A stretch of DNA of 63,096 bases, filler included, from Intoshia linei (Eukaryota; Animalia; Orthonectida): assembly GCA_001642005.1 (NCBI GenBank). It is 8 parts of 8 records of this genome, joined end to end, with 100 filler letters (N's around TTAATTAATTAA, not from the genome) between each part and the next. Parts side by side here need not be neighbours in the genome. Positions count along the whole stretch, not along the records: positions 22,687 to 33,617 come from LWCA01001216.1; positions 33,718 to 45,114 come from LWCA01001175.1; 6 more parts are not named here. The stretch is one strand, 5' to 3'. Below are positions 25,062 to 38,450 of this stretch, one piece after another. Under the pieces are notes generated by a model. It was not told where the DNA came from, searched no databases, and worked only from the letters and a program-made list of their open reading frames with translations. Position numbers and translations under genes: made by a program. Positions within the stretch are counted from its first letter, which is position 1. Every line of letters begins with the position of its first letter.

Positions 25062-26240
25062 CTTTTATTCAAAAATAGTATTCCTAACAGCATAGATGCA
25101 TACAAAGAACCCTAAAATATGGAATAAATAAGTTTTAAAATTCCCTTTCAAATTTACGTTTATAACAAAAAAAATATTTAGCATACTTCATTCACATCAT
25201 TTGAAACGGTGTCTTATATAAGCGTATTTATCTTCAAAATTATGTAGAAAATTAGTGTAATAATTGTCATGTCGGCAGACGACGACTATAGAAAAATTAG
25301 CTTCAAATTATATTAATTCTAGCGCAACAATAACTATTATAATTTCATTTTTAAAAAAATGATTACATTATAGATTTTTTAATTTAAAAGTGTAATTAAA
25401 TAAAATACACTTATGGTGTAACACATGTGTTAATTACCCGGTGTCATTTTTTCAGTAAATTTATTATTCAGTGTATAATAAATTTCTATTTCCAAAGTGG
25501 ATTTATTTTTGTTTGAAATACAAACCTCAGTTAAGAACACACCAAATTATATAAAAATTAAGATTAATTAAGAAAGCATTGTAAAACTAAATGGTTCAAT
25601 TACTCGGTAGTATACTCGAAGAATTCCCTTCTTCTAAATTAGAAGATTTTAATAATAATATGATAAACTAATTTCTGTTACATCGGATGGAGCCGCCAAT
25701 ATGGATAAATTTGGAACGAATATTGAACCATTCCATCAACAATGTATTTGGTAGTTTGTGATGTATTATAATGATAAAAAGATACAAGATTATTTCACTT
25801 TTAGAAAGTGAAAAATCCGAATTAGAGGAATATTGTAGTTATAAATATATTTAAAAGAAATGTGCTTTGAAATAAATCCAAATTATAAAAATATTATAGA
25901 CAAAATTAGAAATATAATATAAAGTACCGTTCTGAATACTATATGAAGTGGCATAGGAATATGGAATTGAAATACCCATAAATTACAAGTTTGGACTGTG
26001 TAAAAGAGAACAACCAAAAATGCATATTTTCTAAAATAATATATTTTATTTTAAATAATAGTTTAAGTTATATAAAGCCATCATAACTGGATATTTTTAA
26101 ACACAACTATGTATAGAATAAAATACCTAATCGGAACTTTACTAGTATAGTTTCTGGTATATAGAATATAAATCAGTCCTTCTATTGTAGCAAACAAAAA
26201 TTGAGTAAAATTAACCATATTGCCACTGTCATTTTTTAAG
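25062..26240 (-). CDS. SLC35B4: UDP-xylose/UDP-GlcNAc transporter SLC35B4/YEA4-like, partial (exons 26240-26127, 26030-25928, 25111-25062)
   Basis: GNMVNFTQFLFATIEGL...VPIRKY...FHIPMPLHIVFRTGSLYASMLLGILFLNKR matches GNIVTFAQFLFIAVEG...IAMPLHMIFRSGSLIANMILGIIILKKR. Confidence 0.9.
25600..25780 (+). mobile_element. hAT transposase remnant in SLC35B4 intron
   Basis: KLISVTSDGAANMDKFG...HQQC...VCDVL. Confidence 0.6.
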
Positions 26241-26869
26241 CTATAAAATATATTAATATTACGACTAAAAGCAAGAAAGAGCGTTCCGTTAATATAAAGA
26301 TAAAGGCTAAGAGATATACTAATTTTCCTTGATTAGAGGAAAGCCTTGAAAAACGAATACGAGTTCCAAACATTAAATCCATTATTGTCAAATATATTGG
26401 TTATAGAATGCTCCAGATCGAATACCGTGTTTTAGAAATTTATTTGATACGCACAGCACAAGAAGTGACAAATTTATTTTTGATTAAAGTCAACATTAGA
26501 CCCATTTGTGTGATTAGCATAAAACGAAAATTGTCATAAATCATGACGGTTTTAAGCTACATCCTAATACAAAAAAAAATCAAAAATTTTTAACAAACAA
26601 CAAAAAAGTTCGATGTGAAAGATTACTCGCACACCAATCACAAAGAGGACGAACAATGGTATATAATTCAAATCGAGAATGGTATGGGACATTATACATC
26701 TCACATTGAAAACATACAACATCCTCATCCTTCAAAAAATATGCTGGTAGCTAAAAATTTCGATTTTCGGACGGTCACTGACAGTTATTCTGCAAGTGGC
26801 ACCTCCGCTGATGAATCATGTGATAAGCAAATTAATAAAAAATCTTATTCATATCAAAAGAATAAGTAA

Positions 26870-27570
26870 ATATTTCCAGAAAAATTAAATTGTCTTTACG
26901 AAAGTCGGCGTGTTATCGCTGAAGTAAGAAATGAAACGCCAAGTCATGTTTCAATCTGGAAAGCGAAGCGCAAAGAAATGAAATTATTGTGGATACATTT
27001 CAAAAAATATTTCAAAAACGAAAAATTAAGTCTTCATTTTGACGGAAAGTGGGTGGATGGAATGGAAATGCAAGTAGTATGCTTTGAATCTAAAAACATG
27101 TAAACAGGATTACCAAATGGAGTTGCATATCTACCAAACGGTAAAGTAGAAACTATTTATTTAGTTATTAAAAAAATAATTGAAAATATTCCATCCAAGA
27201 TAATATTACACTATAAATAATTTAAATTTTGTTTATAGCTATTGTTTTTAATTAAGAGAAGACAATCAACATAAAACATAAACTGACCTTGTAATGAATA
27301 TATCAAGATCAAGATATATTTATTTTATTTTGTAACGATAATTTAAAATTCGTTTTACTTTAAATATTAAATTTATATTGTTCGAATATTTCATATCTAA
27401 CTTTACAGACCTAGCTAGCATTTAATATGAAGCAACGTTATTAATAAACGCATTTTCATTAATGAATTTTTTCAGAAACGGTTTTTTACATCGTGATTTT
27501 TATTCAAAAATACACAATATACATGGTACGTTATAAAAATATCAAAATTTTAAATTGATGTGACACCCTA
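26870..27570 (+). mobile_element. hATm-like transposase remnant
   Basis: PSHVSIWKA...LSLHFDGK...MQVV...LPNGKVETI; terminus GTGACACCCTA at ~27560-27570. Confidence 0.55.
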
Positions 27571-28130
27571 ATGTTTATGCGGCCCGCATACCAATAAGTA
27601 TGCCCAAGCCTGATCTAGATTGTGCATAATCGAATTACTATTGTATTTAAAGAAAAACAATATGAATTTGTTTAAATCAGAAAATGCAAAAATTTATACT
27701 TAACCGAACTAATAATTCCAAATGGTTTGAAAGAATGGATATATTTTCCACTTCAACTTCAACTAATCATGGTTGTGAATTGTTCAATTCGATTTTAAAG
27801 GGTATATACCTTTCTGGAAATAAGACTACTCTGACAAAATTTATCAATATTGTCATTACATTACATTAATATGTTAAAGGGTTTTATCTTCAAAGATCAA
27901 TTTGTTAAAAAATTACAAATTAATAATTTTAAATTATATTATTTGTAATGTTATATTTTGATTAAAATATAATTATATATTATAATTATAATTGTATTAC
28001 ATACCTAATAATTTTTTCTAAGAAAATAACGTTGCTACAACATCCTCCAAATAGAAACATAACAATGCTAAATATGTAAGGAGAATAAAACATTTTGATT
28101 CTAAAATATATAATTAATACGTCAGTATTA

Positions 28131-28860
28131 CAGGTAGTTTTTCAACTTTACCGACATTTTCATTACCGAATAAAATTTTTACCCCCGGGAAATTACCGGT
28201 AATTACTTTTTTAAGGGTAGGTTAAATCATCTTTAAATAGAATAAGCTATAACGAAAAATTTAAAACTGCAAATCAATCAAAACATTGAACCAAAAGCAT
28301 TATTGTTATTAGACAATGCACGGCCCATAATCAATTGAAGCATTTAATTTCCGATGATGGTCTTATATCAGTTTTATTTCTGCCACCAAATTGTACCTCG
28401 ATTCTTTAACCCATGGAACAACACGTTATAAATTCGATTAAACTCAAATACTTTAATACATTAATAAAACGTATTATGGAGAACGATAAAATAGAAGAAA
28501 ATTTAAAAAAAATAAATATATTGGACGTAACAATGCTTCAAGATTCTTGGGAATGTGTGACTGAAAACGAAATAAAAAAATCGTGGAAATTACTAGGAAT
28601 TGGTCAAGAAAACAACATTGATTATGAAAATGAAATTACCTCCTCTAGCGTTGATAGCAATTTGATGAAAATTTACCTATAGACATTGTCAATATTATGC
28701 ATGATTTTATTAACTGGAAACGATACATCTGATTCCATTGATGATATTAATACTGAACCTGATACAGAATTGATACATATTCCTTATTCTAATGATACAG
28801 AAGATTTTGATCTGGCAATAAAAAAAGTGGGATCCTTGATTCAGTAAGTAAGTAAGTAAA
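28131..28860 (+). mobile_element. pogo/Tigger (DDE_1) remnant
   Basis: KALLLLDNA...VLFLPPNCTSIL*PMEQHVINSIKLKY...SWECV...IKKSW; TA|CAGGT terminus. Confidence 0.85.
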
Positions 28861-29941
28861 GTCATTCAGTAAACTTGATATGGATTGTAAATTAAAATGT
28901 TTAATAGATTATAAAAAATTATATACAAAAATTGTAGTTTAAATGTAAATATAAATAAATTATATCTTTTTTATTCTTATTGTTATTGTATAAATTATTA
29001 TTCCGTTATCGACTACTATATATCAGTAATTTTCAAATATGGCCCTTTTTATATTTTTCGTTGTACGCCGAATATTTTTAATAATTTGAATTTACCGATA
29101 TTTCAATTATTAACCCCCAAAAATCAATTCTTATTAATTGTCAATTACTCTTTTATAAATTTTCTATCAATAAAATAAAAATTGTGGTCCGCGATGGTCC
29201 TAAATTATTTTATATTGATAAATTTGGCCCTGCTGTATACATACAAATAGATGTTGTTTGTACGTAGCACAACACACTCGGATCAGGGAATATTAATATT
29301 TAGACTCAATTAAGTTTTAAAATAAAATTTCATCATTATTTAGTATAAAATAATCTATTAAAAATACTAATTCTTATTTTAACAGAATTATCTGAAATTA
29401 AAATGTAATATGAAGTTTTAATTATCTATATGTACTAAAATTAAATTTACAATTTTGCTGTATGTAAGATCGAGTATGTTTATTATAATAGTCAAAAATT
29501 TTTTAAATTTAATCTTATAAAAAAAATATTCTCTGGTGTGAATACCATAAAATATTTCTAATTTTTTTGTAATATGGTTTGTAGGTATAATATAGTATCT
29601 TAATATTTCAGTTTTAACTTGAGTCTGTGGATGATATAATATTTCAAAAACTAGATCAAAGACTAATTTTGAAAAGAGGATGCAACAAACAAAGTTTTTT
29701 TTGACGACTTTATACCGAACAAAGAAGTTAAATAAATATTTAGTTTCTAGTTTTTAAAATTCTTTTTTCACTTTTATAATAAAGTGCGTATTACTAAAAT
29801 AAAGTACAATTTGTATGGAATTTATCATTTATCACATCTCTTTTATTAAAAAATTTACTCAAAATCTTAGAAAAAGAACCATAACTCAAAAAAAATAATT
29901 TATTCTCACAAAAACAGAACTTCATTCGGTAGAGTCTAGAG

Positions 29942-32900
29942 CAGGGTGTACAACGTACGGCCGTCAGAGCTTTTATGTGCGCCCGTGGACAATTCATCTG
30001 ATCATAATGCAATATATAAGTTTACTTCAAATTGAAAAGTTCAAATCAGATTTTATTAACGGGGCCATTTAAAATATTTTAATCAAAAAGTTACATTCTT
30101 GACTTTTCCTCAGTTTCTCAAATGTTATTTAAATAGTGATTTTAAAATGTTAGCGAAGGGCACACAAAATTAAGACAGTCACTGATATCCTTTTTTTATG
30201 TAATTATTAATATTTACATCTTTATGTCTTCCACTCTAATGCATCAACAAATCAATTTGTATTTTTTACTGGAACTTTTTTCTGTCGTCCAATTATTATT
30301 ATATTAATATTGGTAAAATGAGATTTTTCAAATTTTTTTAAAATCAGGTTTATTCTTTAGGAATTATTGATCTAAAAGTTTGGCAAAATGGGATTTTTCA
30401 AAAAAATTTTGGTAAAAGCGATTTTTTTCTTTAAGAGTTAGTAAAATTGGGTTTTTTCTTTTGTGATCAGATAGAGTAATTTTTGTTCTAAAAGTTTGGT
30501 AAAAATGAATTTTTCAAATAAATATTGGTTTTTTCTCAAGAGATTTTACTAAATTGGATGAAATATACTGAAATTAACCATATATTATATGGTTAATGTG
30601 ATAGATAAACTATTTAACCATAACTTTTCCAAATAAAGTTTTTACATGCGTTAAATTGTTACGAGAAATTTGATGTGGTTGATATACTACGACAAATCCT
30701 AATTTACTATAGAGTAAGATTACGACGATGGCACCACTTGAGAAAGACCGATATATCTTGATTGCAAAAATTTTACATATTTTAATTAAATAAATATATT
30801 GTAACTCTACATAATTTATGTATACCTTTCTTCCCAAAAGATGAGTACTTTTCTGTAAAATCAAGTAAAGTTGATATTCTTTTTGAAATACATTTTATAC
30901 TTGATTTTAAATGAAAATTTCTTTTTACTCTTGGATCCTTAAATTGATGTTCCTACTTTATTCATCAAACTGTTATACTATGTTATTTTGAGATAATGTA
31001 ATTACTAATTATAAACGATTAATTATACAATTTTTTATTCAAATGAAATTTAACGTTCTTTTTGTCGGTTACAGAGAAGTGGCGTAGCGTCATAGTGTGC
31101 AAGGTGTGCGCTGCACACCGTAGAAAATTCAAAAAATTATATTTTTAACTAGTTGGAACTGTAACTTCACTATTACAACATTGTCATGTTAACTTAATTC
31201 TGTAAAAAGTAAATATTTTTTATCAGTCACAATGTCCATTCTACACAATATTGTCGAATTTTACCATTTATTTTTTATACATTTACTTGGCTATTATATT
31301 GTATACATTCTATCTCATAAATTTTTTGATTTATTTGAATTTTATCGAATTTTATTACCCAAAAAAAAAATTGATTGGAATGCGAGGTAATAAATTTTAC
31401 AACAAATTGTAATTTTTTCTCGTAGAATTAATTCAAATGTCAACGCCATCATTTGCATAATATTGACTTTATACAATCTGAAACATTCTTTTACGGATAA
31501 AGTTTATTACACGTACCAATTTTTGGCTTTTTTGCTAAATAAAATGTATAACATAATATTGCATTTAGACACACTATTGTCCAAATTAATATATCTAGTT
31601 ATTGTTTCATTGGTAAATTATAATAATTTTAGATATATATTTTTTTACTCATTATTTAGATTTATGCATCGTTGTCTATAATTTTTCGCATTTCCAAGAC
31701 ATTAAAACCATTATTCATCATATCATAGCTGTATTCGGAATTATTTATATAATGAACATGCACGTAATTGCATTCCAGCTCTTTAATGTTTTTTTCGCTG
31801 ACTTGAGATTTGCCAAGTTTTAAAATAGTCCATTTCCCTAAAATTACATTCTGTGGGTACAGATTTTTAATTCCAGTGTGGCTATGATCACTAAACCGAT
31901 AATCTCCGGTCATTATTTCTGTTTTTTAATATTTTAGCACGTACATTAATATTTAGTTGGACCATTGGCTTATTTTCGGAATTAATTTAAGAATTCTCAC
32001 TGAAATATCAACTCCTTTTATCAATAATAGGTATATAATTAACATAATAGTAAATTAAATATTAATTTTATTTTTATTGAATTTATTTTTTTAGGTGGTT
32101 TTTAATTCATACTGGATTTAACAACTCTAAATTTCAATTTATCAATGGACTTTTAGTTATTCTTTTGTTTTTCATTTTTCGGATATTTATTATACCATTT
32201 CAATATTATGTTTTGTATTTACTACGAAATCATGCCTTAATCTACATTTTGAATACATTTAGTGTATTAATCGATATTTTGAATGTTTCCTGGTTTATCA
32301 AAATTATATCAATAGCCAAAAAAGCTTGTACAAATTAAAATTTTTATTTTATGTTTAATAAACACATAACACATATCTTTACTTATATACAAATACTGAT
32401 ATGAAACGTAATTTACAGAGAACAACAGTTTAGAGTTTTTGTGCGCCAGCGTAATATTTTTTTTGTCACATTTAGCCCGCCAAGCAAATTGAGTCTGACG
32501 CCCAGAGCCGTCTTAAGCCACTTCGGGACCCTGGGCTAAGCAAAGGGCCGGGCCCTTTCAAATTGCGAGCGAAGTGATAAAAAAAAATTTAGATCCCCTA
32601 TTTAGAAGACAGGGCATACTGTTAGTTGGAGACTTAGAGTTTTATTTCATTGAGTATTAATAAAAGCATTAAAAGATATTATTTAGGTTTATAGTAACTT
32701 TTATTTATTTTACAAAAGCCTACTTACATTAATTAATGAACAAAGTTTACTTTTATATTTTAAAATATGCACCATGCAGTCACAAAAAATTCTTGACAAT
32801 TCTTCACAAATATTGTTTTCTCACTTTTTTCTGAGAGAAATCAGATATGATATTATCAAATCTGATATCATTCTCAATTGACATTAAGGAGAGCGCATTC

Positions 32901-33184
32901 AAACTAGGTTGAGTTAAGCAATTTCGAAGTTCATTCTTAATTATTTTTAGTTTAGAAAAAGTTTAAACTTATAAACTGATTCTTACTATATAAATGTGAA
33001 GTATTTTTTAATAAATTGGGGCCTCTTTTTAAAATATAAATGTAAAGTACTTTTATTAATTTGGGGCCTTTTTTTAAGATATAAATGTAAGTACTTTTAT
33101 TAATTTGGGTGCCTTTTTTAATGAGGGGCCCTGGGCTACAGCCCATATTGCCTATGCCTTAAAACGGCTCTGCCGACACCCCTG
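29942..33184. mobile_element. hAT-type element with 8-bp TSD, containing nested insertions
   Basis: TSD GTCTAGAG (29934-29941) / GTTTAGAG (33185-33192). Termini CAGGGTGT... and ...ACACCCCTG, with the right TIR split by the 32503-33172 element. Confidence 0.75.
32503..33172 (-). mobile_element. Tip100-like hAT internal-deletion derivative
   Basis: TIRs CAGAGCCGTCTTAAG / CTTAAAACGGCTCTG; TSD CTGACGCC / CCGACACC. Minus strand encodes a hAT dimerisation remnant LKIIKNELRNCLTQPSLNALSLMSIE...IISDFSQRK. Three ~46-nt subterminal repeats at 33010-33115. Confidence 0.85.
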
Positions 33185-33717
33185 GTTTAGAGGGTACCTG
33201 AAATAAAATAGTATCTAATGGTCAAATTTAATTAATAAAATGTCATTTGATAGATAAAGTTATGAAAATTACAGCCCAAATAGTTTTATATCTTACAAAT
33301 TATTATAATTAACTAAATTTATTAAAAAATTTTTACCCTAATATAAACAAGTTGATGTTTTTTATCAACATAGAAAATTAAAAAATTGTCAAGATAATAT
33401 TAATTTATTAAAATTTCAACGTAGAACTTTAATTTGTAATAAATACGTTAATTGGACGTTTTTTATTGATGAAGTATTAGGTCGTTTCATAAGTAATGTC
33501 GTTTTTATTGTAACTTTATTATAAATCATTATATCTTTACGAATATCTACTGTAAGTGCGTTATTTTTATATTTTTACGAAATATGGACAAATGTGTATT
33601 CGATGAAAGAGTAATTTNNNNNNNNNNNNNNNNNNNNNNNNNNNNNNNNNNNNNNNNNNNNTTAATTAATTAANNNNNNNNNNNNNNNNNNNNNNNNNNN
33701 NNNNNNNNNNNNNNNNN

Positions 33718-33930
33718 GAGAAGTATCATCGACACCACTTTCCACAAGTGCAAACATATTTTCAGCTTATATCATAGGAAATGTGTCTAGAAATACTCGA
33801 TTTAGAGATCTAAAATCTATAGCTTCGGTGAAAAAAGCTCTTAAAAGACCGATTTTAAAACCTATATATAAGGAAAAACGTATAAAGATGGCAAAAACTT
33901 ACTTAAAAACAAATTTTGAAACAGTGTTGA
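33718..33930 (+). mobile_element. Tc1/Tc3-like transposase fragment
   Basis: VSRNTRFRDL...KRPILKPIYKEKRIKMAKTYLKTNFETVL, the region preceding the first catalytic D. Confidence 0.7.
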
Positions 33931-36900
33931 AGTAGTAGTAGATAACCGTTTATTTGGTTGGTTAGATTTTTGTTAATTCTAATATGCTTATTTAGTTGTG
34001 CATAATGTTATTGAATGCATTTGAAACCTTAATTGAGTAAATTAAATTTACATCCTAAATTAATAAATAAATAAATTTAATTTTTTATTATATATGTAAT
34101 TTAATGTGTATATGATCAGTGGTTCCCGATTCAAATACAGTAGGAACTGTCAATTTCAAAAAAATAAAATAAATTCGATTGTTTTCCTTTTTGATTTCAT
34201 CATTTTATCATTTTTCAATTATGCAATTTAAACACACTTTTGAGCATTAAAAATATTATAGCATAAAGTTGTATCTGTGTTAAGATTGTGTAGTCATGTA
34301 TAATATGGTATAAAATCCTAGTTGTACGTATACTAAATAAAAAAAGTAATACAAAAAATTAAAATTGATAGATATTATTTCAGTCATCGTCAAATTGTTT
34401 TTTAGTCACACCCAGTAGTAGTCCAAAATTCCAACGAAAAATAGTTTAAGATGCGGAATCTTATACTATCTGAAAATCTTATCGGAAAAAAAATTAAAAC
34501 GTAGTAGTCAAATAATTAAGCTAATATTGTATAGTTAAATTAGAATGAACTCTGAAACTGTTGGTGTAATACATTGATTATAATACATTTTAACAATTTA
34601 CTATCTTTATAATATATTTATTTTAAAGTCCATCAATTTAAAATAATTTTTTTTATGATTCATAAAATATGACCTATTATTAATTAATTGATATTTATTA
34701 AGTATTATTATGTAATTATTCGTTTCAATTTAAATGAAATGTTTCAAAAAATTTAATATCATCAGTAAAAGTGTAGGATAATAACTTTTAACTTTATTAG
34801 TATCTTATTATTTTATAAAATAATATTAAATGATTAATTATAATAGTAATTTTTATTTACTGTCTATAAATTCAGTATGAAATAATATTAGTTTTATGTC
34901 TACTAAAATGTTATTTATAGATTGTACATATCATAACAATTCTTTCATTAATTTTTACTTACTATAAAATTCACAATTTACACATGATTATACGTATAAC
35001 ATATACGAGATAAGTTACAAGGTATATGTAATGTAATGTATGTTATGTTACATTGTATCGTAACATACATTATATATGGCAACCAAAAATATTAACATAA
35101 AATATATTATATATAAATGTATTATAATATAATTATTAGAAATCAATTTTTAGCTTTATTCATACCTTAAGATAGAAAATAATGGTATAAAATAACCATT
35201 TTGTTTAAAAATGTTTTAGCTAAAATATTTCATTTTAAAAATTGTACTATTGTCAGACTTTAAAAATATTTTGATTAAGAAAAATATAATTACTTAAAAA
35301 AAAGAGCCACGAGCCATATATCAGATTGAAACTTCTTAAACTCTCTCATGGTGACATGTGTGCATTTGACTACTCTTATTTCAATCACAAAAAAAAAAAA
35401 ATCTATTCAAATTATACAGAATTGACTGCAAATAAGAAATTTTTTTAATTATTTTCAATTTATTTTAATTAAGTTTACTAGCTATAATTAATTCAATATC
35501 AAATTAATTAATCATTAATTTATCAAAATATTAAAGTTTACAATTGATTATACAATTGTAAATTTTTAATATTTAATCATATCATACTGCCTATTTAAAA
35601 AAATTATAATTTGTATAATATTTTAGAATTTTATATTTGTACTATAGACAAAATTATATATAAAATAAACTATAGATAGGTGACATATGTAATAATATGT
35701 CTACTTTCATATTAAATTGATTTTTTGAAATATATTAGTAATTTATATTTAATTAACATAATTAAAATTACATGATATGTAACTTTCTATCTGGACCATG
35801 AAAAATACAAAATTTTGTGTATCAAGTATTATGGGTTGTGATCGTGAAAATGATCTTTTTTGAGGTTGCCATTTATGATAATGCTAATGATTTTAAAAAT
35901 TATCTCAGAATTTATGTTTCATAAAATTTTAAGACATTTTTCAATTTTAAAACAAAGAGTAATTTGGGAATTTGACCATGAAGCTATGCGTTTCTGATGC
36001 ATAGATTTACCAAATTGTTAATGTTTTAATAGGCGTCCCAGAATTTATATTTTATTTTGTAAAAAAAAGAGCAAATTAGATTTTTGACCCTGAAAGACTT
36101 GAATTCGAAAACTGAAAAATAGATATGAACACGTTTTGAAAAAAACTATAGTAGAAATTAGGTTTATAAATTCTACGACTGCCAATTTTTTAAATAAACG
36201 GTTACACACAGTGGGACTAATATTTTTATATAAGTAAAAGATAATAGATAAAGATAATAGAATTGTATAGTATTTTCAGAGATTTATATCCTTTGAACTA
36301 AAGAATGATAAAATGTATCAATACTAATAATATTTCTAATAGATTATTTCTGTAATTTTTCTTATTTGAGGTTTGAGTTTAAACTGACATAAATTTATAT
36401 TCACATGAAAATGATTATTGAAAGAAAAATAAAAACGTATTAATATAAACTATTTGAATTTATATTTTTTATTTTAACTTTAATAGGGTTTACTAATTAT
36501 GTAATAAACTTACTAGCTAAAAATTATAACGTAAAAATAACCAAATATTTAAAAATTTTTGTAATACCCTTCATTACAGTAATAATTACCTTAGTAATTG
36601 CAGTATTTTATTTTATTCAATGCAATAATACCATGAATATATACAATGTAATACATATTATATTGATATATGTGTGTGTCATATACATACATGCATCAAT
36701 CATTAATTTTTTATTATATTTTTTAATATTAATATTCTAATTTACCAACTAAATTAATTAAAGCTATTTACAACAACTTTGATTTAATATACAATAATAT
36801 CAATAATTGTTATTATTATATCAATGATTATCGGTTTCACATCCAATGATTCATATATGCATCATTCAAAATTTTCAAAATAAGAGAATGGTTTATATAG

Positions 36901-37936
36901 GGCGCCTACCAAAAATAAATAGAAATACTTCAATCCAACGATTTTTAATAAAAATCACAATTTACCAACCCTAAAAGGAAAAATGCAGTTTTACCAACTA
37001 TGACATGCGATTCTAAAACACGCATCCTTTTCATTTTGTATATTGAATGAGATTGCTTTCAACAACCATTAAATTCCATTTAGTTTACAAATGTCAGTTG
37101 GTATGCTTATCCAGCCTTACTTCCTTGTTAATTATTCCTTTAATTAATAATTAAATATCTAGTATGATACAATATGTAAAAAAGATTGGTAAACTCTAAA
37201 CTAAAGCACCTAGTATACAATTTGATGATAAATAATTTTTTTAATGTTTTTTATATAAATTTCAGGTGATTTTAAACATAAAATACAAGCAAAATAAAAA
37301 AAATTTTTATTAACAAATATTATTATATAACAATTTATTATTATTAAAAAAATCAAAATAGAACAAATTTTTGTAAAACCATAAAGTGTGAAACCGCTAT
37401 AACCAAATGTTAAAAAACTAAGTACATAATAGCTTTATTGTATTTTATTTTTGATACAATTTATATACTTAATTCTGAATTAACTATATGTATTTATGAA
37501 TTACTTTCTAATTATAAAGTATAATTAAACGAAATGGGTAATAATAAACAGTTTAATGTTTATATATAGTCGTAATTATTCATACAATTATCAAAAATGT
37601 TGAAAAGTCATCAGTTTACTGGTCAATAAGGGACACTTGAGAGATTTTAGTATGAAATTTGACTTAATTCCATTGGAAATAAAGGATATATACATTTTAA
37701 TTACAACCTTATAATTCCAATTTTAAATTCTCTTTCATCGATTTATTTAACTGGAATACATTTGTACTGAAAATTTCATGATTGATACACAACCGAAAAT
37801 AATTAGCAGACCAAAATCCGAATGATTACTTTAAATTTAAAAAATAATTTTAAAAGATTTTTTATACTACTTTAAACCCAAATATATAATTAAAGAAATA
37901 TTAAATTTTATTTGGTGATAAAAATAAATTAAAGTA

Positions 37937-38450
37937 CAGTAAACTATGCGTTATAAGAACACTCGTTATAATAACAGCTTAGTAATAAATTTTGATTGCC
38001 ATAGTACGTACACAGTAAAATCACATTCGTTATACGCTACAAATAAATTCGATATAAGCACAAATTTAAATTCGTCATTGCAAGTTTTAACTACTTTTAA
38101 ATTAATTTTTTTCTCTAAAAATACTACAAGTAAAACCCAACCCTTGGATGCATGCATTATAAAATGTATTAATGTAAAAAAGGAATATCGGAAATGCTTA
38201 GTCAAACGTTTATTGATTCAAATGGAAGAAAATATTATGGAAATGAAACATTTGATATTAATCATTGTAGTGTCAATCTACACGAAGTAATTCAAACAAT
38301 ATCGCAATGTAAGAGTATATTAAAAGAAAATACAATTAAAAACTGTTTTAAAATGACTGTTAAAATGTAAAAAGTAGAATATTAAATTTTCTACAATAAC
38401 ATTCGTTACAACAACTGTTTTATTTTGTTCTTATAACGCATAGTTTACTG
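37937..38450 (+). mobile_element. Tigger/pogo internal-deletion element
   Basis: Perfect 25-bp TIR CAGTAAACTATGCGTTATAAGAACA, TA flanks on both sides, internal FFSKNTTSKTQPLDACII (DDE_1). Confidence 0.92.
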
